The position numbers and the translations under genes are program-made. 64,000 bases of DNA from Rhodosorus marinus CCMP1338 (lineage: Eukaryota; Plantae; Rhodophyta). Positions within the stretch are counted from its first letter, which is position 1. Every line of letters starts with the position of its first letter. The stretch lies in assembly GCA_029953675.1 (NCBI GenBank), contig JAMWBK010000003.1:1612001-1676000 (forward strand). The letters run 5' to 3'. Under the pieces are notes generated by a model. The model worked only from the letters and a program-made list of their open reading frames with translations. It made no database searches and was not told the DNA's origin. Shown one piece after another: positions 47,885 through 59,607 of the stretch.

Positions 47885-50800
47885 ATGGCGAAGGTTGTGA
47901 TTACTGAGCCTGCGGGCAAGGCGACGGATGAGGAGGTGAAGACCAAGTTGACGGCGGCGCTGGCGAACCCGGACTCTGCTGCGGAGTTTGCATCCTTCGT
48001 CGCTGAGAATGGAGGAATTTTTGTGTTCAAGGAGACTTCTCTTCTTGATGAGCTGACGACGGTCATGCAGGGCACGAACAAGAAGAAGGGAGTGGAGAGA
48101 ACTGCAGCTTGTAGCATTGTCAACGAAATGGCCAAGGCCATGAAGGCCCCTGCAGAGCCGTATCTATCCAGCTTCATTGGGGTCATGCTCCAGCTTCTTG
48201 CAGATAAGGCAGGGAAGGCAGTCGGCGCTGCCGCGGAGGTTGCCGTCACAACTCTCGTTGACTCACTCAGCAACCAGGGAAAAAAAATGATCGCTCTCCC
48301 GCAGCTTCTCTCTGTGCTTGTCCCGGAGTCTAAATACCAGACGACTGCATTTGCCTTCTCACTGGTCACAAAGATCGCGAAAGAAGCGCCGGAAGAGCTA
48401 GGAAGTGCCTCCCCAGAGGTCGTTCCCTGTATCGGGCCCTTCCTCAATGATGCAAAGGCCTCTGTGGCACAGAATGCTAACGCCTGCATTGTCGCTATCT
48501 GCGACTCGATTGACAACACGGACGTGCAGCCGTTGGTTCCAGCGCTGATTTCTGCCCTGAAAAACCATAGTGAAGTCGAGGATTGTATTTTCAAGCTTGC
48601 GTCGACCACCTTTGTGCAGCAAGTTGAAAGGACTGCCCTTGCCATCACTGTTCCCTTGCTTAAGCGAGGGTTCCAAACAAGGAAAACTCCGGTGATGAGA
48701 ATGTGCGCGAGAATTATTGAGAATATGGCAAAACTCGTGGAGAGGAAGAGCGACATTGAGCCGTTCTTGCCGACTCTCATGCCCGCCCTTCAGCGAGCTG
48801 CCGACGAGGTCTCTGATCCTGAGGCAAGAGGAGTGTGCGCTTCCGCGGTAGAAGTACTGGATGCCAGATCGAAAGGTGTTGGAATGCAACCCGAGCCGGA
48901 ATCCGCGGAGATGGAGAAGATCAAGGCTACTTTGTGGACCTGCATAGACAAAACGGACAAGGTCGGAGATTTCTTCGAGCGGACGGCAAGCTTTATTTCT
49001 CTTTGCTGCGTTGCCTTGGTAGACGCGAAGGACATGGAGGTTGAGGCTTGGAAGGCCAACGTATCGGAATACGTAGAACAGTTCGTTGAGTCTGGAGATA
49101 TCGACGCTCTAGTCGCAGAATTTGCGAAGAAGTGTGAGGCCTTTGTTCAAGTGAAAGATGAGGAAGAAGAGGAGGAAGACGCGGAGCAGCTCTGTGACTG
49201 CAAGTTCTCGCTTGCATACGGAAATAAGGTTTTGTTCAACAACACGCGTATGAAGCTTAACAGAGGACTTCGATATGGACTGATCGGTGGCAACGAATCC
49301 GGAAAGACAACGCTCATGAGATCGATCGCAAATGGCCAGGTTGAAGGCTTCCCGTCGCCGGACGAAGTGAGAACGGTATTCGTTGAGGCAGATATTTTGG
49401 GAGAGCTATCTCACTTGAACATTATTGACTACGTATACCAAGATGAGAAAATTCAAGCCTACAACATCCCTAGGGAAGAAATCGAGAACGTGCTGGCTTC
49501 TGTAGGATTCACGAACATCATGATTTCAGGAGGTGTCTCACATCTTTCTGGAGGCTGGAGAATGAAGCTCGCCCTTGCGAGAGCTATGCTTCAGAAGGCT
49601 GATATTTTGCTCATGGACGAGCCAACCAACCATCTGGACGTTGTCAACGTGAAGTGGGTGGAGTCCTATTTGATGGGTTTGAAGAATGTCACCGCCATCA
49701 TTGTGTCGCATGACAGCGGTCTGCTTGAAAGAGTTTGCTCCAACATTATTCACATTGACGCCCTGAAACTCAAGCAGTACAAGGGCAACCTCTCAGAATT
49801 TGTGAAGAAGGTCCCCGCCGCGAAGTCCTTCTTTGAGCTGAAGTCCACCAAGATCCACTTCAGTTTCCCCCAGCCTGGAATTCTGGAAGGTATCACCTCG
49901 AAGGGAAAGGCCATCATGAAGATGGATGGTGTGGAGTTCACGTACCCAGGAGTGCATAGGCCACAAGTGTCTGGTGTGACTATTCGAATCGCTCTGGCCA
50001 GTCGAGTTGCGTGCATTGGCCCGAACGGTGCTGGAAAGTCTACTATCATCAAGCTTTTGACTGGCGAGCTTGTCCCAGATGTGGGAACAGTCTGGAAGCA
50101 TCCCAACTGCAGAGTTGCGTACGTCGCGCAGCACGCTTTCCATCATATTGAGAACCATTTGGAGCTTACTCCAAACCAGTACATTCAGTGGCGATACCAA
50201 TATGGAGACGACAAAGAAGCCCTTGTGAAGTCGTCCATGGTGGTTACGGACGATGAACTGAAGGCGATGAAGCAGCCCATCCAATACACGTGGAAGTCCG
50301 AGGATGGCCTCAAGACGTTCACGGACAAACTTGTTATCAAGGACATGCTTGGCAGCAGAAGGACCGTTAAGGGAACGAAAGCAGACTATGAGTATGAGGT
50401 TTCTTTTGAGAACAAACCCACGCAATTCACCGCCTGGTTGCCAACGGAGAAGCTCGAGGGTGCTGGATGGAATAAGCACCTGAAGGCTGTTGATGAGAAG
50501 GTTGCAGCCCGCGCTGCTGCCTACGAGACTCCGTTGACGAGCTCGAACGTGGAAAAGCATCTCGAGAACACCGGCCTGGACAAGGAGTACGGAACTCACA
50601 CCAGAATTGGAGCCCTTTCCGGAGGTCAAAAGGTTAAGGTTGTCTTGGCCGCCGCTATGTGGAATCATCCCCACATTGTCATCTTGGATGAGCCGACCAA
50701 CTACTTGGACCGAGAGTCGCTGGGAGCTTTGGCAGAAGCAATTCAGGGCTTTGACGGTGGTGTCGTTTTGATCAGCCATAACTCAGAGTTCACCAAGGCT

Positions 50801-51088
50801 GTGTGCCCGGAGACCTGGGTGATGAGCCCCGCGACAGAGACCGAGCCCGGAAAATTGGATGTCCAGGGTGATGCTGACTGGATGAAGGAAGCATTGAAGG
50901 AGAAGATTGAGGTTAAGCAGATTGACGAAATGATCGACGGCTTCGGAAACACCGTGAAGATTAAGCCGCAGAAGAAGAAGACGATGTCCAGGGCCGAGAA
51001 GAAGAAGTTGGAGCGCAAGAGAGCCGCACAAAAGAGAAACGGAGAATATTTCGTTGGAATCAACGGCTCCGACGACGAGGACTTCTAA
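47885..51088 (+). CDS. eEF3: Translation elongation factor 3 (eEF3), ABCF ATPase, 1067 aa, intronless
   Basis: N-terminal HEAT region (FKLASTTFVQQV). ABC1: GGNESGKTT, LSGGWRMKLALARAM, LMDEPTNHLD. ABC2: GPNGAGKST, AYVAQHAFHHI, chromodomain insert (YEYEVSF), LSGGQKVKV, LDEPTNYLD. Lys-rich then acidic tail. Confidence 0.95.
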   Translation: MAKVVITEPAGKATDEEVKTKLTAALANPDSAAEFASFVAENGGIFVFKETSLLDELTTVMQGTNKKKGVERTAACSIVNEMAKAMKAPAEPYLSSFIGVMLQLLADKAGKAVGAAAEVAVTTLVDSLSNQGKKMIALPQLLSVLVPESKYQTTAFAFSLVTKIAKEAPEELGSASPEVVPCIGPFLNDAKASVAQNANACIVAICDSIDNTDVQPLVPALISALKNHSEVEDCIFKLASTTFVQQVERTALAITVPLLKRGFQTRKTPVMRMCARIIENMAKLVERKSDIEPFLPTLMPALQRAADEVSDPEARGVCASAVEVLDARSKGVGMQPEPESAEMEKIKATLWTCIDKTDKVGDFFERTASFISLCCVALVDAKDMEVEAWKANVSEYVEQFVESGDIDALVAEFAKKCEAFVQVKDEEEEEEDAEQLCDCKFSLAYGNKVLFNNTRMKLNRGLRYGLIGGNESGKTTLMRSIANGQVEGFPSPDEVRTVFVEADILGELSHLNIIDYVYQDEKIQAYNIPREEIENVLASVGFTNIMISGGVSHLSGGWRMKLALARAMLQKADILLMDEPTNHLDVVNVKWVESYLMGLKNVTAIIVSHDSGLLERVCSNIIHIDALKLKQYKGNLSEFVKKVPAAKSFFELKSTKIHFSFPQPGILEGITSKGKAIMKMDGVEFTYPGVHRPQVSGVTIRIALASRVACIGPNGAGKSTIIKLLTGELVPDVGTVWKHPNCRVAYVAQHAFHHIENHLELTPNQYIQWRYQYGDDKEALVKSSMVVTDDELKAMKQPIQYTWKSEDGLKTFTDKLVIKDMLGSRRTVKGTKADYEYEVSFENKPTQFTAWLPTEKLEGAGWNKHLKAVDEKVAARAAAYETPLTSSNVEKHLENTGLDKEYGTHTRIGALSGGQKVKVVLAAAMWNHPHIVILDEPTNYLDRESLGALAEAIQGFDGGVVLISHNSEFTKAVCPETWVMSPATETEPGKLDVQGDADWMKEALKEKIEVKQIDEMIDGFGNTVKIKPQKKKTMSRAEKKKLERKRAAQKRNGEYFVGINGSDDEDF

Positions 51089-51641
51089 GCGCCGTCCGTG
51101 CTTACAATGTCAACGTAACATTTTATACAGGATCAGCTCAACTTTTCTATATCTACTCTTTGCTTTTCTAACGTAGTTTGCCTTTCTCCCTTGAACCTAA
51201 ACTGATAAGAAAATAAAAAGGTGGTTTTCCAGAAACAATGAACACTGGGCGCACACACCCTGCGTACGAGTTGAGAATTCTTTTGTAGGGTACTGAAAGC
51301 AGTCTTCCACGTTCCAGGTCGGGTTTGGGGAAGCCACATACTCGAATAGTCTTGCTTTCTCCCCTCGGTTCCTCTTGGTGAACTGTTAAAGGTGAGATGG
51401 GAGGGTTTATGAGCTTTTGAAACGTTTTGGAACTGATGAGGTGCACTCAGTCGGACTATTTCTTGAAGACGCAGTTAACCACTTCCGAGTGGCCACCGCG
51501 ATGGGACCCCTTATCTCTTTTTTTCTTCCGATTACGTCTGGATGCAGTAGAACACCCGGTATTCACGGATAGAGAGACAACTGGCGAGGCAGTTTGCAGC
51601 CTCATGATGACGAGACGTCCAGGCTGTATGATACCAGATAT

Positions 51642-51777
51642 GATGAGACCAGTTGTTGAGTCACTGTGAACCCGCTTGTCCTTGTAGATCTCTGCAAAAA
51701 AAAAAAAAAAAAAAAAAGCTGGTTGCTTCCTAGGAGCTCATCATCTTGAGAATCTCTGTTCAGCAACTGGTCTCATC
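51642..51777. repeat. 18-bp inverted repeat enclosing an A22 tract
   Basis: gatgagaccagttgttga (51642-51659) versus tcagcaactggtctcatc (51760-51777), 17/18 match. The 100-nt spacer contains poly-A at 51696-51717. Confidence 0.75.
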
Positions 51778-52590
51778 GCCTACGGACTACAGGCAGGTTG
51801 GATAGCAACGGATCTGAGACAACTGCTGGCATCGTGACGCAAAACGAGGAGCAAGCCTGCCGAGATATGGACAATCAGTAACTAAAAGCATCAAGATTTT
51901 CAAGTTTGAAGACAGACTGTCCTACAACGTAGACAGACTGTCCATTTCTACTCAGACAGACTGTTCAACAATGATCGTAGAATTTCAGTCAAAATGCTTT
52001 TTAAATGATTGAGTTAGCCGTTACACTATTCTTGCTTTTTTTGGTATTCTTTCTGATCAGTTTTGAAACTCCCTGGGTAGCTTTCGATGATAGTTCGAGT
52101 TGATGGGTGGCTTTTAGGATGAGTGAGAAACGGTAAGAGTGGGTAGGTATTGCCTTAATTGATGAAGCAGAGAGTTCTCGCAGAGGTGAGAGTGAGGAGG
52201 ATGTGACTGACGGCGAATGGCAGGGTTTCTGATTTCTGCAGGGGTTGATGATGGCAGGCACTGAGGGTACCGTTTGAATGAGCTGAGAAGGAGACCTGGC
52301 AGTTTGTAATTGAGGAGTTCTTTTGAGTCTGGATTTACCTTAAGAGACCTGCTGAAGATGATGAAAAGGATTGGCACCTTCCTGTCCTCTACTCCTACCA
52401 AGGGCGGCGCTACTGTAAGATTTGGACCAAAATCGGGGGTGATGGAGATGACTTAGATTCGTGCAAATTCTGATTTAATCGCTTTCCTCTGCCACTTTTC
52501 ATTGTTCTGTCATCCGGAATGGGGTAAAAGCAGCTTGAGAATAGTGAATTGGACAAAGAGAATCAGCAATCGAACTCCACAGGGGCAAGC

Positions 52591-53710
52591 ATGGCTGCGG
52601 ATAAGGATGAAAAGCTGAAAGCCGTATCGACAACAAATCCCGTGGAAAACGTGCAAAAGCAGAAAGCCTTGTCATCTGCAGATGGATTAGAAAATATGCA
52701 GCAGGTTGCCAATGCAGTGGAATCCATCAAGGTCCAGAGTGCGGCTCATCAGGAGAACGCCTCTGCCGAAACCCAAAGCAGAAGTGCCACGGAAAAGAGA
52801 GAACGGAGATGGACACTCGATGACTTCGATATCGGAAAGCCCCTTGGAAAGGGCAAGTTCGGAAACGTTTACCTGGCCCGGGAAAAGCAGTCGAAATATG
52901 TGGTTGCTCTGAAAGTGCTCTATAAGAGTCAACTGACAAAGTCCGGTGTGGAGCACCAACTTCGGAGGGAGATCGAGATCCAGAGCCATCTGCGGCATCC
53001 TAACATTCTCAGACTCTTCGGCTACTTCTACGACCAGAATCGAGTCTATCTCATCCTCGAGTTTGCAGCCAAAGGGGAACTATACAAGGAACTTACCAAG
53101 TGCACAAGATTTTCCGAAGAAAGAAGCGCCACATATATTGCACAAATGGCGCACGCACTCCACTACTGCCACAAGGTGGGTCTCCGCTCCGTTCCGCTGT
53201 ACAGGATGACAGATGGTGTGCATTGGTTCCTTACCTTTTTTTGTTTCTACTTTCCGAAACCTGCAGAAACATATTATTCACCGAGACATCAAGCCCGAGA
53301 ATCTACTGCTCGGACTCAAAGGAGAGCTGAAGATCGCGGACTTCGGATGGTCTGTACATGCGCCAAACTCGCGAAGAACAACATTCTGTGGCACACTTGA
53401 CTACCTCCCTCCAGAGATGGTTGAGGGCAGGGATCATGATTCCACGGTTGACTTGTGGAGTCTCGGAGTTCTCATGTATGAGTTCCTCTGTGGACAGCCG
53501 CCGTTCGAAGCGCAGACAAGAAACGAGACATATAGAAGGATCTCCAGGGTCGACTTGGTGTTCCCTTCACATGTCAGTGAAGAAGCGAAAGACCTGATGT
53601 CCAAGCTGCTAGCGAAGGACCCGTCAAAGCGAATCTCGCTTGTCAAAGTATTAGAACATAACTGGATCCTGAAATACGTCACTAATCCACCTAAAATTAC
53701 TCAAAGTTGA
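52591..53710 (+). CDS. AUR: Aurora kinase, 2 exons, ~342 aa
   Basis: [86 protein letters not shown]. Intron 53176-53266. An upstream start is possible. Confidence 0.96.
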
Positions 53711-54113
53711 AAATAAAACAACTAAATCGTCGTCGGAACGAACCAAGCTCCGCCCACTTCCCATTATGCATGTAGCCATTTCCAAAATGTCCAGAGCCAC
53801 AACTTTTGACCACGTCCACGGAATTTTGATGGGTTCTGAGCAGTGGGGATGCAGGCCGCGAGTCTCCCACGAGTACAAAGGTCTACCCAACACGCCTCCG
53901 CGTGAACTATTACACCAAATTGACCAGTTGTGTTTACTTTGCTTGTGGAAAGGGGAAATCGTATTCTTCAATTTCATCCTCTTGACTTCTTCTGGAGGAA
54001 GCGGGCCGGTTCAAGCTTCCATCCGCTCGCATTTACAAACCTACGGCTTTACCAGCAGCAGACTAACGTTCTTTTCAGTGTGGGCACGACTTTAGGGCTG
54101 CGTCAGATCACCC

Positions 54114-55765
54114 TTAGCGAGACGCAACTCGCACAACGCCAGCGGCGATGAGCTTCTTAATCTTGTCAGCCATGACCTGTACAGAAGTAGCCGTTTGTTC
54201 ACAGAAAGAGCTTTAGATGCCAGCTGGTTGGGACTCAAGTGAATGCTATGCTGAAGGACATTTCGATCTGAGGCTTACGGGATCCTCCAACGCCTTCTGA
54301 GCGTATTCAGGCTTTTCAGACATTTCTTTAAGGACCTGCGTCACGCCGGGATCCGAGAGAATCTTCTGAATCTCTGGATCAGCCATTGCCTTCTTGACTT
54401 GCTCCTCATCGACCTCATCAGAATTCTGAAAAACAAGTAAGAAAAACCCGGATCACGCTTCATGAGCTGGTTCTCGGATTGTCGCAATTTGCATGGCAGG
54501 CACAGAAAGAGTCTTGTCAGCGACTTACCGCTGTCTGCTGTACCGTAGCCATTACCCGCTGGTAGTCCATCCTTAGATCCGGGTTGCCTGGGTCCATCTC
54601 CATCGCGGTTTTGTACGCCTATTGAATGTTGCGCACATGCCACAAGTCAGAGGCCTGGCCATCTACTAGTAAATCAGGATTTGTTTGCAGCATACCTCCA
54701 ACGATTTATGATACTCCTTCATGAAAAAGTGTATGCTGCCCTTTCTTGAGTACGCCTTCGTGTACTTGGGATCCAATTCAAGGCATTTCTCGCAGTCTTT
54801 CAGCGCAAACGGGAACTCCCTGTAGCAATAAGAAATGAAATAGTACAAAAAACTTAGCACAACCGTCACTAGTAAGAAGTACGTCCATTGAACGGCCCGA
54901 AGACATACCCCAACTTCATATAGGCAGCTGCACGATTCGAGTACGGAGCAGGGTCCTCTGGATTCCTTCTGATAGCCTCTGTATATCTGTGCGCAGAGAT
55001 TCGGGAACGTTGAGTTTCGTCTGGGCCGGACAAACTCGTATATCCAACAAGCCGCGGCTAATGGAACACTTACTTCTGAATAGCCTCAGGGTACTTGCCG
55101 CTCTTGAAAAACTCATTACCAGCCTTTCTCTCATCCTGTGACTTTTCCGGATTCATGTACGCGCGCTCTTCCTCTTCCGCCTTCCTCTTTTTCGTATCGC
55201 GCAAGCTTGTGTACACCTTATCATCGTGTGCCTCAAGCAGTGACTTTTCATAAGCTTCGATGGCGTTTGATAGCTCTCCCTTCTTCACAAAAGCATTTCC
55301 TAAGCCAGACGGCGCGCCGTGCAGTGTTCAGTATCCTGTGAGTATATCCTCTGGAATCCTGGGGATCCTTACCGATTCTAGCATGTGCACGGGCAATGAT
55401 CTTGAAGTCGGTGTGGAGCCCTCGCTCCTTGTTCTGCTTGATGACCTCTTCACAGTCTGCTATCGCGCCATCGAGATCGTTCATTTCGAATTTCACCGCA
55501 GAGCTGGGACATAGAATGAGGAACAAATTACGTCAGGAAGCAGCTTCCCACAGCGAGACAGCGCAAAAAAGATGACCAAAACGAACGGATAGGCATACCG
55601 GTTGGTCAAGAACGACATCTCATCTGGATTCAACTCCATCGCCTTGTTATAGTGCTCAATCGCCTTGTCAAACTCCTTGTTCTTGTAAGCTTCATTTCCC
55701 AACGCCTTCTCAGCAAGCGCATCTTTGATCTTCTGATCGTCTTTCGGAACCTCAGCTTCAGCCAT
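54114..55765 (-). CDS. STI1: STI1/HOP co-chaperone, short form (TPR2A-TPR2B-DP2), multi-exon
   Basis: ALAEKALGNEAYKNKEF (TPR2A), FKIIARAHARIG, ERAYMNPEKSQDERKAGNEFFK (TPR2B), YSNRAAAYMKL and a DP tail ending KIKKLIAAGVVRVASR*. Confidence 0.9.
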
Positions 55766-58001
55766 CCTCTACTAACTCAAAAGCACCAAAAAAAAACTCC
55801 TCCTCAAAAACAACTCAATAATAATAAAACTCTCCTCTTCCTCAATTATTCCCAAAAAACAAAAATACCGACTCCACCATGCACGGCTATCCTACTCTCA
55901 CTCTAGTTCTACAAGTCCACCCTCCCTCCCAACCCCATTCCCACCCGCCCCCTCCCAAAAACCAAAAGATCTATCTATCCGAACTAAATAACAAAATCCA
56001 TTTCCCCATCCCCAAACACCACGACCGCTTTCAGAGAGAAATCTCTTTTCGTCTTCCAAACCTTTAATTTAGCCAAACTAGGACAGCATTGATATAAATA
56101 TAAGAACATACGGTATAAAATAACTCGGACGTAATTGGTTTTGTCATATTTAGTCCGATTACTAATTTTAGTACAGTTTTTAGTACGCTAGTTGTGGAAT
56201 AAACTAGGAATATTTGGATCTCTTTGAATACAACTACCGGGAAACGTGTCGGTAAGTAGACAGGTTTTTTAATTATTTTAAGGATAAACTAGATTTTTTA
56301 TTCTTTAATTAAATGTTATATGGTACTCAGCTACGTCCGATAACCTTTATCGGACGTTTTATGACAAACTTACCCTTTATCAAAGAAAAAATTGGTCTTA
56401 TAAGTTTTATGATATTCTTACCCATATGAAAAGATCGTTGAGAGGTCATCGATGTGAATGTTTTCAGGTGCGCGATCTGTTGTTTCGATATGGTTTCTCG
56501 AGGATGGGATTAACAAGGCAAGACGAAAAGCAGAGGGATACGCATATCAGCCAGGGGGTGGACCGTGAGGGAGCGCTCTCACCGGCTCCGGACGTCGACC
56601 TTCTGAAAGTCCTGCCCAAAAAATCCAGTCCTGCTCAAGGTTATCTAGGGGGGCTACATGGCCTCGTACAGAGCTTAAAGACCATAGCTAGTAGCAAATA
56701 GCTCGGCTGTGAGTAACATGTTGCTACTAGTCACGCCCAAAAGCGCTTTTCAAGATCTTCGCACCTTGTAACAAGAAACGATATTTTTGCAAGACCTTCA
56801 TCTCGGGTCTCCCTTCCTCCCTGAGTCCAGGTTTTCCTAGTCCAGTTTCATTGCAATCGCGAACTTTCATTGTCCTGCATAGGAGCGTCTCGTTAACGCC
56901 CCCAAGATCATCAGCTCCTGATCGTCACGTTGACGAATCGCCCTCCGTTCGGAGCTATCACCAATATTTATTTAGGGTAATAGACAATATAGTTTAGACC
57001 CGGCAGTAAATGTGTTTTTTGATAGGAGAACAGTTGTTTTAAAAAAACGAAATTTGGTTAAAAAACAAATCAGCTCAAAGACCTTTTTTTGAGACCAACT
57101 CCGACTCTTCTAGAAGCGAAAGGCCCATCGAACAAATTACGAAAAAAAAGAAGATAGTGATCTAACACTGCGGATATGTATATTCTTTTTCGTTAATTTG
57201 TTTTTGCTTTCATCGATTTACTTTTACGACCGTGGGTTGGAAAATCGTTGACAGACGATATTATTAAATTATAAATTATATTTTCCGGTTTTACGACCAG
57301 AATCTGAACTTGATCCCCCCCCCCCTTCGGGACATGACAACAATAGGATTACTCTTGCTGAATATAAAAATCATATAGTGATAAAATAAACGGAAAAAAA
57401 GAACCTCAATAAACGACAGCTGTCCTCTAAAGAAGGAGTGAATTTCTGAATCGATATATTTTATATTACATACAAATTACAACGGACAAGCTGTCCCATC
57501 CTAGACGGTGTTGTTCTAACAAGTGTGGGTTCTCACAGGTGTTTGGCGGTGGACGGCTGCTTGTATTCTGGTGAGCATGATGAAGATGTCTAGGAGGTAA
57601 ACTTGACAAACGCGTTTGATTGTTATAGATTTTATACAAAGTACGCTCGTACTTAGAGATATGACGTTTTCCGGTGTCCGACGGATCTGTATAGAACTCC
57701 TCACACACGTGGGCCGGATCTGAACGCCGGGGCGAAATGCGCCGATCACTCCTTCATGATGATCACCATGAAAAAAAGGATGTGGAATTTTAAGCAGCTT
57801 TCAGCTATATCCCTTTTGGTCTGTTCTATGTTGTTGTCAAATCACGCCCGATCGTCCCACTGTAGCGTCCTGATTGCACGGAGCGTCCGTCGAGCTCTGT
57901 TTGAGGAAGAAGTGAGTGCAAATCGCTGGCCAGGTCGAGCGACAAAATTAGCGGATCGAGCGAGACTATCGTGATTCCAGCAAAGCGAAACTCTATTTAA
58001 T

Positions 58002-58754
58002 ATGGGCGATGAAGCGGATTTGTCATGGGTCGTCCATGGACATGCGGATGAACACTTTGGTATACCCAAGGTGATCTTCTTTGTGAGTTTGCCTCTCCTG
58101 GTGTCTTTGGATCCGATCCTTCTATTTTTTTTTCTTCCTTTTTATTTCTGACTGGGGGTTTCCCAAACTGCAGGACGATGTCGAGAAGGTAGTAAAGGAA
58201 CACGAAGTTCAGAATACGCTTCAGAATCTGACAGCCTTGTTCCAACGGTACAAGTTTTGGGAGACGAAGTTCATGAAGAACAAGCAAGGGCTTCAGCAGA
58301 AGATCCCTGACGTAAAGAGGACTATTGACGTTGTGAAAACTTTGCAAAAGAGAAGCAATTCGGACATCGACGAGCCGATCACGACCAGATTCGAACTGGG
58401 TGACCAGATCTATGTCAAGGCCGAGATTCCAAAGTCTGATTCGGTTTCTCTATGGCTTGGAGTAAGCAACGCACTGCCAATTTTTTCTTCCTCACCTTCT
58501 CAAGAATCTAAGGAGCTGCGCCCAAAAATGTTGTCCCGTTTTTTCCAAAGGCGAATGTCATGATAGAGTACAAACACGAGGAAGCTATTGAACTACTTCA
58601 GAAGAATCTCGAGACGGCCGAGACCAACTTGGAGCACCTGGAATCTCACCTTAATTTCATCCGAGACCAGGTGAACGTAACCGAAGTTAACATGACCAGA
58701 GTGTACAACTACGATGTGCTACAAAGACGAAAGCAACCAGAAGCATCCGAATAG
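58002..58754 (+). CDS. PFDN3: Prefoldin subunit 3 (VBP1/PAC10), 3 exons, 190 aa
   Basis: Exons 58002-58082, 58174-58461 and 58551-58754 are in frame. [42 protein letters not shown] and [12 protein letters not shown]. Confidence 0.95.
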
Positions 58755-59046
58755 AAGGGCATTTCTATTCCTCAAAGAATACGTATTTCGCTGCCGCTGA
58801 TGGTTCTTTCGGCGGGCGAAGAGCCCGAGAAGCCCTCAGCGGACAATCGTGGGTTATAATCCGGCAATCTCTAGACGTGGAGGGCATCCGATTGACACTC
58901 TCTCTACATTTTAGATTGTGAATTCCGATCAAGAAAAGCCCAAGTTAGGACGGCCTATCAAACAAGAACAGAGAGGGGCTACATTTAACTAAAAGCGTCC
59001 GACTTTCGGGGGTCCCCTCCCTGCACGTGGTGCTCGTTTGAACAGC

Positions 59047-59606
59047 TACTCTCGGTTAGCTAGCATATATCCAAAAGGTACAGGTTTCCTCTAGCGGTCA
59101 ACCTGCAAAACGTTTTTCCGTTGGTGTATCAGCAGCGTTACTGCATGGTTCGTGTATAAATCAGTGGAACGTCGCTCGTTGCATATATACTCGGATAGCT
59201 AGCATATATCCAAAAGGTACAGGTTTCCTCTAGTGGTCAACCTGCAAAACGTTTTTCAGTTGGTGTATCAGCAGCGTTACTGCATGGTTCGTGTATAAAT
59301 CAGTGGAACGTCGCTTGTTGCATATATACTCTCGGATAGCTAGCATATATCCAAAAGGTACAGGTTTCCTCTAGTGGTCAACCTGCAAAACGTTTTTCCG
59401 TTGGTGTATCAGCAGCGTTACTGCATGGTTCGTTTATAAATCAGTGGAACGTCGCTCGTTGCATATATACTCTCGGATAGCTAGCATATATCCAAAAGGT
59501 ACAGGTTTCCTCTAGTGGTCAACCTGCAAAACGTTTTTCCGTTGGTGTATCAGCAGCGTTACTGCATGGTTCGTGTATAAATCAGTGGAACGTCGCTCGT
59601 TGCATA
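59047..59606. repeat. Tandem array of four ~141-bp near-identical units
   Basis: The anchor ccaaaaggtac recurs at 59071, 59210, 59351 and 59492 (periods 139, 141, 141), with only a few substitutions between units. Confidence 0.97.
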
Positions 59607-59607
59607 G

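Noticed and set aside
47536-48780. 414-aa minus-strand ORF, and the 328-aa ORF at 49793-50779
   Set aside because: Antisense shadows of the codon-biased eEF3 gene; no domain and no independent start context.
51604-51816. C/D-box snoRNA suggested by ATGATGA motifs
   Set aside because: The nearest CTGA D box is about 170-200 nt away, with no terminal stem or recognisable guide.
56426-56701. 91-aa ORF in a GC-richer island between STI1 and PFDN3
   Set aside because: No motif, no leader signature and no convincing splice model.
59047-59606. Tandem array read as a CRISPR array or snRNA/5S cluster
   Set aside because: Units are identical along their full length with no unique spacers, there are no cas genes, and I see no U1/U2/U4/U5/U6 or 5S signature.
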